This document shows, piece by piece, positions 33,073-41,664 of a stretch of DNA of 64,000 nucleotides. Position 1 is the first letter of the stretch; every line of letters begins with the position of its first letter. This stretch comes from an uncultured Actinomycetota bacterium (GTDB taxonomy: Bacteria > Actinomycetota > Thermoleophilia > RBG-16-64-13), in the NCBI GenBank assembly GCA_963777945.1, contig CAVZSN010000006.1:194834-258833 (forward strand). The letters run 5' to 3'. Under the pieces are notes generated by a model that made no database searches, was not told the origin of the DNA, and saw only the letters and a program-made list of their open reading frames with translations. The position numbers and the translations under genes were made by a program.

Positions 33073-33894
33073 TCACCCGCCGGAAGTCGAGTCCTCGGCT
33101 AGGTAGCCCAATCGGCGCGACAGCTCCTCGCCGAGTTCCATCACGCTCCGGATGAGGCCGGGCAGCCGCTCCGCCGAGAAGCGTTGGACGATGCCGGAGA
33201 TACTCACCGCAGCCACCACTTCACCCGTCGAGTCGCGCACGGGGGTACCAAGAGCGCCCGCATGGAGGGTGACGTCCTCCCAGCTCACCGAATACCCTCG
33301 CTCTCGGATCTCGCGCCGGTCGCGCTCGAGTTCGTCCCTGCTCACCAGCGAGTACTGGGTCATCCGGCGAACGTGTCCGCCCACCACCTCTTCCCACTGG
33401 GCGTCGGGCAGGTGAGCCAGAAGCACGCGTTGCGCCGCCCCACAGTTGAAGGCCGAGTGTTTTCCGGGCTCGAGGTATAGGACCCGCACCTGGTGGCTCC
33501 CGTCGAAGCGGCGCAGGCACAGCGCCTCGCTGCCATCGGCCACGACCAGGAAGGAGGTCTCGCTTGTTTCTTCGGCCATGGCCCGCAGAAGCGGATCGGC
33601 CTGCTTGACCAGTTCCATGCCCTTCGCCACGATGCTGCCGAGTCTGAAGGTCTTCAGCCCCAGTCGGTAGTGGGCGGTCTTCCTCTCGAATTCGACCATC
33701 TCGGTGGCTTCGAGCGTGCTCAGAAGTCGGTGCGTCGTGCTCTTGCTCAGCCCTATTCCCGTGCTTATCTCGGTCAGGTTGAGCTCCGGCCGCTCCAAGG
33801 TGAACTGCTCGAGGATCGACACGGCCCGCACCACAGCTCGAACGTTCAGGTCACCTTCATCCGACTTATCGTGAAGGTCCGCGGCTCGCGTCAC
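33073..33894 (-). CDS. IclR-family transcriptional regulator
   Basis: 273 aa. N-terminal wHTH (VRAVSILEQFTLERPELNLTEISTGIGLSKSTTHRLLSTL) plus an IclR effector domain. Confidence 0.85.
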   Translation of the reverse strand: MTRAADLHDKSDEGDLNVRAVVRAVSILEQFTLERPELNLTEISTGIGLSKSTTHRLLSTLEATEMVEFERKTAHYRLGLKTFRLGSIVAKGMELVKQADPLLRAMAEETSETSFLVVADGSEALCLRRFDGSHQVRVLYLEPGKHSAFNCGAAQRVLLAHLPDAQWEEVVGGHVRRMTQYSLVSRDELERDRREIRERGYSVSWEDVTLHAGALGTPVRDSTGEVVAAVSISGIVQRFSAERLPGLIRSVMELGEELSRRLGYLAEDSTSGG

Positions 33895-34079
33895 GATATC
33901 CCCCCAGCTGCGACAGTGGCTGTGGTCCGGCGACGGCTACGAGAGTCATCGCTCGGATCGCTGTGTTTCCCATGCTACGGAACGGCACACCGTTCTGTGG
34001 CGACCTGCACACGATAGCACCCGATCTCGAGCGATGGCAACCGTCAGGCGGCTGCAAAGCAGCCGCGGCCGCAAAAGGA

Positions 34080-34103
34080 GGGGCCGCCCCGAAGGGCGGC
34101 CCC
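34080..34103 (-). terminator. intrinsic terminator after the liv-type operon
   Basis: ggggccgccc-cgaa-gggcggcccc is a perfect 10-bp stem. On the minus strand it is followed by tccttttgc. It lies about 50 nt downstream of the livM-like stop. Confidence 0.6.
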
Positions 34104-34151
34104 GGTTGGTCTGAGCTTCGCGCGGTGTCGCGCGAAATCACGAACTCATCG

Positions 34152-35238
34152 CTAGGCTTCCGCCTTCGCGGCGACCTCCTGGGGGGGCTCCTGCCCCGAG
34201 ACCGCAGCCAGCCTCAACTTGCGTTGGAGCGGGAACACGAAGAAGTTGGTCTTCCTTACGATGAACCCGTAGATGCCGGCCGGGCTCCAGACCGTCACGA
34301 CGATGGCCAGGAGACCCAGCACGATGAAGTACCACGTCGCCGTACTTGCTGGTCGTCTCTCGCAGGATGAAGTAGATGATGGTCCCGATGATCGGGCCCT
34401 TCGATCGTGCCGATGCCGCCGATGACCGTGATGAAGATCAGATAGGCGGTCCAGTTGACGCTGAAGGCCGCCGCCGGCTGCACCCGGAGGAGGTGGATGG
34501 CCACGATGGCGCCGACCAGCGCGCAGCCTGCGCCGGCGATGACGTAGGTGTAGAGCTTGGATGCGCCAGAGGTTGACGCCGCTACTCTCGGCCGCCAGGT
34601 CGTTGTCGCGCATGGCCTTCGAGACGCCAGACCGGTGCGGGACCGGAGCAGGAGGTAGGTGAACCGCGATGGCGATGAGGGCCGAGCCCAGGGCCCACCA
34701 GTACGCTGCCCGGCACCCGCACCTCGGTGCCCAACTTGGCTGGCCGCCTGGATCGTGATACCGGATCCACCGCCGGTTCTCTTGATGTTGGCCACGATCA
34801 GGCGAAGGATCTCCGCGATGACCCAGGTCCCGATGGCCAGATAGCCACCCTTGAGCCTGAACACCAGAGCCGCGGCCGGCAGGGCGATGATCGCACCGCC
34901 GATGGCCGCGAAGATCACCGCCGATGAAGGGGTTGATGTGCAAGACGTCGGAAAAGAGCCACAGGGTGTACGACGCCGATGCCGATGAAGCCCTGCTGCC
35001 CCACCGAGATGAGGCCGGCGTAGCCGAGCATGAGGTTCCAGAACTGGGCCAGCGCCAGCAGGGAGAAGAAGTCGACCAGCCGCCGGGTCCACGGCGTGCC
35101 CGCCGAAGAACGGGAACAGCGCGAGCACGATGAGCGATCAGCGACCCGAAAGCAAGGATCATGAGGTTGGTCCGGTTGGCCACCGAGACCGGAGTAGCTG
35201 CTTGCCGTCCCGGTGGCCGTGGTTGCAGTCGTTTTCAT
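34152..35238 (-). pseudogene. livM: branched-chain-type ABC transporter permease (LivM family), about 12 frame changes
   Basis: Recognisable permease segments alternate among all three minus frames. Examples: FFSLLALAQFWNLMLGYAGLISVGQQGF; AVIFAAIGGAIIALPAAALVFRLKGGYLAIGTWVIAEI; KLYTYVIAGAGCALVGAIVAIH; WYFIVLGLLAIVVTVW. They are found in ORFs 34152..35183, 34295..35128, 34915..35526, 34582..34770 and 34138..34335. Start ATG at 35238 overlaps the livH stop. Confidence 0.7.
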
Positions 35239-36111
35239 GCCGTCACCGTCTTCGCCAGGAAGCCCTGCGGTCTCAGGGCGAGGATGATGATGAAGACCAC
35301 GTGGCCCACGAGGATCTGCCACGCCGAGCCGAAGGCCTGGGCCCCGAGGGTCTGGGCCAGGCCCAGGATGACCCCGCCCAGCAGCGTGCCCCAAGCTGGA
35401 GCCCATGCCTCCGATGATGACCGCCTCGAACGCGAAGATGAGGCGGTCGCTACCGAGCAGCGGGTCGAACGTGGTGCGGATGCCCATCATCACGCCGCCG
35501 ATGGCTGACGATGAGCAGGGCCACACCCATGGCCACCGCCCAGATGTGCTTGGTGTTGATGCCCATCAGGCGAGCGGCTTCCTGGTCGTCGGACACCGCG
35601 CGGAAAGCCCGGCCCATCTTGGTGCGGCCCATGTACATCTGCAGGACGGTGATGACCACCACCGACATGATGAAGATGATCAGCGGCAGCCAGCCGACGG
35701 CCAGCCTGTCGTTGATGGTGATGCTCAGGTTCTCGACCTGGCCGGCGTCCAGACCCTGCGAGTTGGCGGTGAAGCCCTGCAGCAGGGCGTTCAGGATGAC
35801 GATCGAGATACCGAAGGTCACGATCACCCCGGCGACGTCCCCCTGACCTCACCACGAAGTTCAGCAGCCCGCGCTGCAGCAGATAGCCGAACGACGAACA
35901 TGATCACCATGGTGATCGGGATGGAATAGAACGGGTTGAACTGGAGGGCGTTGACGATCATGAGGGCCACGTAGGCCGGAAGGATGGTCAAGTCGCCGTG
36001 AGCGAGGTTGACCAGGCGCATGGTGCCGAACACGAGCGAGAGACCGACCGCGAACAGGGCGTAGAGGCCGCCCAGGAGGATGCCTTGAACAGCTGCGTTT
36101 ATCCAGTCCAT
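35235..36111 (-). pseudogene. livH: branched-chain-type ABC transporter permease (LivH family), about 4 frame changes
   Basis: The segments MDWINAAVQGILLGGLYALFAVGLSLVFG..., GYLLQRGLLNFVV, VIVTFGISIVILNALLQ...MGRAFRAVSDDQEAARLMGIN, AIGGVMMG...FEAVIIGGMGS and the tail ...ALRPQGFLAKTVTA lie in successive frames. Confidence 0.7.
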
Positions 36112-36113
36112 GT

Positions 36114-36814
36114 CTACACCCCGAAGTAGGCCGCGGTTATCTGGTCATTGGTCAGCTCGCTCGGGCCTCCCTGCAGGGCGATCCGCCCTTCGAGGAAGCA
36201 GGCCACGTGAGTGGCCACGGTGAGCACGTGCTGCACGTCCTGCTCCACCACGAGGATGGTGCAGCCGTTCTCGAGCAGGGTGGGGAAGGCCTCGTAGATG
36301 CGCTTGATGACCACCGGCGCCAGACCCAGGGAGACCTCGTCCATGAGGATGAGCCGGGGATTGGCCATGAGCGCGCGGCCGATCGCCAGCGCCTGCTGCT
36401 CGCCGCCGGAGAGACCGGAGGCCTGCCGCTTCTTGAGGGGCTGCAGCAGCGGGAACAGCTCGTAGACGGCGTCGGTGGTCCAGGGGCCCTTGCGGTTCCG
36501 ATAGGCGCCGATGAGGAGGTTCTCGTGCACCGTGAGACTGGGGAACACCCGGCGGCCTTCGGGCACAGAAGAGATGCCCATCTCCACCCGCTTGTAGGGG
36601 GGCATGTGGTCGATCGGGCTGACCGTCGAACAGGATGCGCCCGCGGCGAGGAACGAGGACTCCCGGCCACCGTCTTGAGCATGGTGCTCTTGCCGGCGCC
36701 GTTGGCGCCGATGCAGGCGAAGATCTCGCCCTCTTCGATCTTGATGTTGATGTCGTAGAGCGCCTGGAAGTCCTCGTAGTAGACGCTGGTGTTCTCGATC
36801 TCGAGCAGGCTCAT
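36114..36814 (-). pseudogene. livF: ABC transporter ATP-binding protein (LivF family), about 2 frame changes
   Basis: Walker A GANGAGKST is in ORF 36152..36814. The signature LSGGEQQALAIGRAL and Walker B LILMDE are in ORF 36114..36605. A short bridging segment (GVLVPRRGRILFDGQP) is in the third frame. Confidence 0.75.
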
Positions 36815-37538
36815 GCCGGCGTCCCTCCCATGTAGCAGGCCTGGACTTCCTGGCTGTTCATGACCTCGCGCGGGTCACCCTCGCACAGCTTGCGGCCGAA
36901 CTGGATGACCATGATGCGGTCGACCACGGCCAGCAGTGCGTGCACGATGTGCTCGATCCAGACGATGGTGATGCCGGTCTCGCGGAGCTTCTTGATCTCT
37001 TCGATGAAGATCCTCGACCTCGGCCTCGGTGAGGCCACCGGCGATCTCGTCCAGGAGCAGCAGCTTCGGGTCGGTGGCCAGAGCCCGAGCGAGTTCCAGA
37101 CGCTTGCGGTCGAGGAGCGTGAGCGACCCGGCCAGGACGTTCGCCTTCTGGTCCAGGCCGGTGATCTCGAGGATCTCCACGCAATGCTCGTACGAGGCCC
37201 GCTCCCCCATGTTCCGGCCGTGGGTGGCGCCCACCAGAACGTTCTCGAACACGGTCATGCCCGAGAAGGGCTTGGGTATCTGGAAGGTGCGGCCGATGCC
37301 CTGGCGGCACCGCTCGTGTCTGGAGAGGTGGGTGATGTCCTTGCCTTCGAAGATCACCTTGCCGGCATCGGCGTGCACCGCGCCGGTGATGAGGTTGAAC
37401 CAGGTGGTCTTGCCCGCCCCGTTGGGACCGACGATGCCCGAGCGCCTCGCCTTCGTCGACGCTGATGCTCAGATCGTCGATGACCAAGACCCCTCCGAAC
37501 GACTTTCGAAGGCCTTGGGTTTCAAGAGCTACCGTCAA
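36811..37538 (-). pseudogene. livG: ABC transporter ATP-binding protein (LivG family), 2 frame changes
   Basis: MTVALETQGLRKSFGG... / IVGPNGAGKTTWFNLITG...LLLLDEIAGGL / ...IFIEEIKKLRETGITIVWIEHIVHAL are split over ORFs 36858..37538, 36875..37378 and 36811..37038. One extra c is seen at about 37436. Confidence 0.75.
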
Positions 37539-37769
37539 GTGGAACCACCTCCGTGCATCATCCCAGTCCCCCTTCCTTCCCTGTGTGTAGTTTTACCTCG
37601 CAGGGCCCAGCCCGGAATGGTCCCAGCATGCAGCAACTCAGGATGTCACACAGGACGCCCCCAGGTCAAGGAAAAACCGCTTCAATAGCTCGCAAAACGC
37701 CCCTATGCACTGCAAGAGAGCGGCTGCCGCGCGGTAACCCGCGCGGCAGCCGGCCAACAGAGTCCGCGA

Positions 37770-39259
37770 CTACGAGCGAGACTCCTCTAGACGTAGCTCT
37801 TGCACCTTGTCCTGCACCGGGATGCCAAGGTCCGGGCAGCCGCCGTGCTGACGATGGTGAGTTCGAACGGATACTTGGTTCCCGTCCGCCACTGACCGCC
37901 GACGAGCGGAGTCTTGTAGACGTTCTCCACGATGTGGCACGGGCCCACCTGGAACGGCGGGGTCGCGCCTACGACCGGAGCGGTGAAGTCGATCGGCCCA
38001 CCGATGGTGTCGAGCTTCGTGCGTCTTGACAGCCGCGATGATGGCTTCCTTGTCGTCCACGCTGGTCGCCCGCTTGAGGGCGTCCACCGCCATCTCGAAG
38101 ACGATGAAGTGGAGCAGGGGCTGAGTCCACTGGGCGCCGTCGTTGGCGGCGGTGAACTTGTCGGCGAACTGCTGGCAGGTCTCACCCAACAGCGACGAGG
38201 TGAACGGGTGGCTGGGAGTCCACCAGACCTCGGTGGTGAGGTCGTTGGCAATATCGCCCAGCGCTTCCACCGACTGCGGGAATAGCAGGGCCTTGGCGTA
38301 GGTGGCCAGCTTGGGCTTCCACCCCTGCTGGATGGCCTGCTTCCAGAAGTTGGTGAAATCCGGCGGGATGAAGACGCCCATGCCGATCTCGGCAGCCGGC
38401 CTTCTTGAACTCGGAGATCTGGACGGTGAAGTCCTCGGTGCCCGACCTGGTACTGGCTGGGGACCACGGCAGTGAGCCCTGCCGGCTGATAGACGGGTTC
38501 CCAGCCGGGTAGCCAGGCGTTGCCGTCGGCGTCGTTCGGGAACATTGCGCCCACGACTTTGTTGTTGGGCACCTGGCTCCACATGTCGAGGAACGTCGCT
38601 TGGACGTCCTCGAGACCCCAGAACGTGTGATAGGTCCACTTGAAGACGGCGTTCAGGTCGCCGGCGCTGCGCCCGCCCACGTATGGCTGCCACGGGCAGT
38701 CGTTGGTGACACAGGGCGTTCCGCCCGCCTCGGCCTGGTCGGCCACCGGGTTCACGGTGTCGGGAGTGGAAGCCGCTGTGACGATGTCGACCTTGTCGTT
38801 GTTGATGAGGTCGCCCGTCACCTGGGCGGCGCGGGCCCCGTCGGACTGGCTGTCCTTGGTGATGATGGTGACCGGGTGCTTCAGGCCGTCACCGCAGACG
38901 ATGCCATCGCCGATAGCTTCCTGCGCTCTTTCGACGCAGTACTTATCCGGCACGCCGAAGGAGGCCAGACCACCGGTCTGGGGGGTCACGAAGCCGATCT
39001 TGACTTCGCGCCCCACTTCGGCGCCGGCGCTCACCGTGGTGGTAGAACCGGCTGCCGCCGTCGTGGTGGTAGCGCCAGCTGCCGTGGTAGTGGTGGCGCC
39101 CGCTGCGGTGGTAGTGGTCTCCTCGGCCTCGCCGCAGGCGGCGAGCACACCGCTCAGACCGGCGCCGACACCGATGGTCGCGCCGGCGACACCCGCTACC
39201 TTGAGAAACTGCCGGCGGCTTACGCCGGATCCGAGCGTACGTTCTTCCTTGTCAGACAT
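37770..39259 (-). pseudogene. ABC transporter substrate-binding lipoprotein (Leu/Ile/Val-binding-protein fold) with Tat signal, about 4 frame changes
   Basis: The N-terminus has SRRQFLK, lipobox LAAC and a TTTTAAGA-repeat linker. The first ~275 aa are in ORF 37787..39259. The remainder alternates with ORF 37770..38693 (GMGVFIPPDFTNFWKQAIQQGWKPKLATYAKALLFPQ...). The exact C-terminal end (37770 or 37787) is unresolved. Confidence 0.75.
39029..39118 (-). repeat. coding Thr/Ala linker repeat (TTTTAAGA x3)
   Basis: Read from the translation TTTTAAGATTTTAAGATTTTAAAGSTTT. The DNA shows the matching ~24-nt periodic repeat. Confidence 0.7.
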
Positions 39260-39474
39260 TACCCCTCCTTGAAGAGTTCACACACGCAAAAAGTGCGCCG
39301 AGCCCGTGCCGGCGCGGCGCTATCCAGCAATGCTCCAGTAGCGCTCCCCCTTTCCTGCATCCACGGATCCGCGAGCAGGCCCTCGGACCCTGTCCGCCCA
39401 TATACTAGGCTGACTATCTTTGTTTCGACAATCCCCTGCAACTACCTCGTCTTGCCGCACACGGGACCCGCAGC

Positions 39475-40275
39475 TCAATCGACCGGCAAACCGAAGAAGT
39501 CCCTCGGATTCTGGTAGCAGACCTTGTCGATGGTGGCCTTGTCGAGCCCGAACAGCTTCATGGCGAGGATCACCCGCGGGACCATGAAGTAGTCGTTGCC
39601 TTCCCCTCCGAGCTCGGAATTGATAATGATCTTGTCGCGCATCTCCGGGTGATCGATGACGTAACGAGCCGCGGGTTCCGGAGGCATCTTGTCCCAGCAT
39701 ATGGACAGCCCGACCATGCCCCCGGTCGTGGCCCGGTAGTCCAGCGTCTCCTCGCCCGCATGGTCGAAGACGCATCTCTCCACGGGGAAACCCTCTTCCT
39801 TGATGATCTCGAACACCTGTGGGAGCACGGTCTTACCCTGGGGTGCCAAGCGGATGGGGGTGTGGAGGATGACGGGAAGGTCATGCTTCTTGGCGAGCCG
39901 CAGATGCTCGCGGAACAGATCCTTCTCGTACTCGGTCGCGGTGTCGAGGCCGATCTCGCCGAGGGCGACCACCCGGTCTTCTCTGAGGAACTCGGGCAGC
40001 TTCGCCAGGCATTTCTCGGTGTCGGCACGGTTGACCCCGAAGAAGGGCACCGAGAGACTGGTGAAGAGCTCGAAACCCAGGGTCTTGGCTGTAGTGGTCT
40101 CCATGCCGAGAAAGCGCTCCCACAAGAGCTGAACGGCATCGGCATCACGACTGCCGAGGAACATGTGCGGGCTGGGGACTACCGCCGCCTCCATGCCCAT
40201 CATCACCAGCTTCTGCAGCTGCTTGTCCTCGATCATGTCGGTGTGCAGGTGGGCGTCGATAAAACGCATGGTCAC
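39475..40275 (-). CDS. TatD-like metal-dependent hydrolase (amidohydrolase superfamily)
   Basis: 266 aa, intact. N-terminal FIDAHLHTD (HxH metal motif), GEIGLD and ILHTP motifs. Confidence 0.7.
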   Translation of the reverse strand: MTMRFIDAHLHTDMIEDKQLQKLVMMGMEAAVVPSPHMFLGSRDADAVQLLWERFLGMETTTAKTLGFELFTSLSVPFFGVNRADTEKCLAKLPEFLREDRVVALGEIGLDTATEYEKDLFREHLRLAKKHDLPVILHTPIRLAPQGKTVLPQVFEIIKEEGFPVERCVFDHAGEETLDYRATTGGMVGLSICWDKMPPEPAARYVIDHPEMRDKIIINSELGGEGNDYFMVPRVILAMKLFGLDKATIDKVCYQNPRDFFGLPVD

Positions 40276-40278
40276 TCC

Positions 40279-40707
40279 TTATTCGTCCACGACGGCGATG
40301 GCGTCGATCTCGACCAGGCAGCGCGGATCCGTCGCCAGCCGCTGCACCTGGACGGTGGTGGAGGTGGGTTTGTATGCGCCCATGTACTCGTTCCACACCC
40401 TGTTCAGGTCGTCCTGGAGATCGAGGTCGGTGAGAAAGCGCTTGCAGTGGACCACGTTCTGGAGCGTCCCGCCGGCCGCTTCGACCGACCTCTTGAGGTT
40501 CTCCATGGTCATGCGGGCTTGGCTCAGCATGTCCGGGGGGATGCTGTCGAACTCGGCGGGCACGTGAGGATGACTGTGATACACCGGAGCCGCAGTGACC
40601 CCGGCGAAGAAGATGATGCTTCCCCCCGTCACCTTGATGGCCGGCGCATAGGGCATCATCACATCAGGGCGGTCCGGCCATTCGATGGGTTCGATCTTGA
40701 CGGTCAT
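40279..40707 (-). CDS. RidA/YjgF/L-PSP family protein
   Basis: 142 aa. ...IIFFAGVTA...ENLKRSVEAAGGTLQNVVHCKRFLTD...VQVQRLATDPRCLVEIDAIAV is the typical RidA-fold C-terminus. Confidence 0.8.
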   Translation of the reverse strand: MTVKIEPIEWPDRPDVMMPYAPAIKVTGGSIIFFAGVTAAPVYHSHPHVPAEFDSIPPDMLSQARMTMENLKRSVEAAGGTLQNVVHCKRFLTDLDLQDDLNRVWNEYMGAYKPTSTTVQVQRLATDPRCLVEIDAIAVVDE

Positions 40708-40826
40708 CGTTGCGCTCCTTTGCTCATCGTCCTCGGTCCGTGGCGAGGCTGGGACCCGCCCCCCGCAGGGGACAGGTCCCAGCCGTCGTGCGTCTTCAGC
40801 GAGACCTCACTCCGGACTCGCGAGGC

Positions 40827-41664
40827 TCACGCCTTCCAGATGGCGATGTCGCCGACGTTGATGTCTTTCGCGGTGATATCCACCGGACCGAACTTCTGGG
40901 TCAGGTAGCCGGGCTTCTCGATGAGCAGCGTGTAGACGCCGTCCTTGAGATCCCGCAGCCAGAAGTCGCCGTAGCTGTCGGAGGTCGCCTTGGCCTTCTC
41001 GCCGGTGGCGTTGTTGGTGGCGGTAACGGTCGCTCCTTCGGCGCACTCGTCCGCTTCCTGGTCGAACACCGCGCCGGCGATGAACTTCTTGGGTAGCCCG
41101 ATGTAGTACACCCTGGGCTTGACCTTGGCCAGAGCCGGCTTGAGCGGCTCGGCCTTGGCGATGAGGTCCTTGATCTTGGGATCGTCCTCGTCCCCGAAGG
41201 TGAAGGCTCCGGTCGGGACAGGCGTCCGCGCAGCGGGGCTCGCTCCAGCCGTCATCGAGAAGGTGCGCGCAGAACGTGCACTTCTGAGCGATGTTGAGAG
41301 CATCGTTGAAGTAGATGACGTTCTCGTACGGACAGGCCGCCAGGCACATCTGATTGCCGCGGCACTTGTCGGGGTCGATGATGACGATCCCGTCGGCGCG
41401 CTTGTAGATGGCGTGCGCGTTACAGGCCTCGATGCACGGAGCATCGTCGCAGTGCTGACAGATGCTGTGCTCGTACGTGACCTTGACCTTGGGCACCTGG
41501 CCGCGGACGTTGTCATGCACCTTGTTCCAGAACTGCCCGGTGTCGGGCTGCGGCTTGGCGATGGGCGACCAATCGTTGGCCACATGCTCGTCCTTGCACG
41601 AGACCTGGCAGTTGTAGCAGCCGTTGCAGATGTCGTAATTGATGACGAGTACCTTGCCCATCAT
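40827..41664 (-). CDS. 4Fe-4S beta subunit of a transhydroxylase-like molybdoenzyme (beta1), one frame change
   Basis: Ferredoxin Cys motifs CNGCYNCQVSC, CQHCDDAPCIEAC, CRGNQMCLAACP and CTFC...CADACP. The C-terminal Ig/carboxypeptidase-regulatory-like domain (ECAEGATVTATN...YGDFWLRDLKDGVYTLLIEKPGY) is in ORF 40827..41585. The frame change is at the G3 run 41225-41227. The ATG overlaps the alpha1 stop. Confidence 0.8.

Noticed and set aside
39029-39118. Short periodic DNA repeats occur here, at 19797..19892 and at 23600..24010, and could be mistaken for a CRISPR or VNTR locus.
   Set aside because: They lie inside ORFs and encode Thr/Ala/Pro or Glu/Ala/Pro linker repeats. They show no spacer-repeat architecture.
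34152-39259. Programmed ribosomal frameshifting or recoding could explain the multi-frame liv genes.
   Set aside because: There are far too many switches (about 24). They sit at non-conserved, non-slippery positions. Similar breaks occur in unrelated housekeeping genes. Indel errors or decay fit better.
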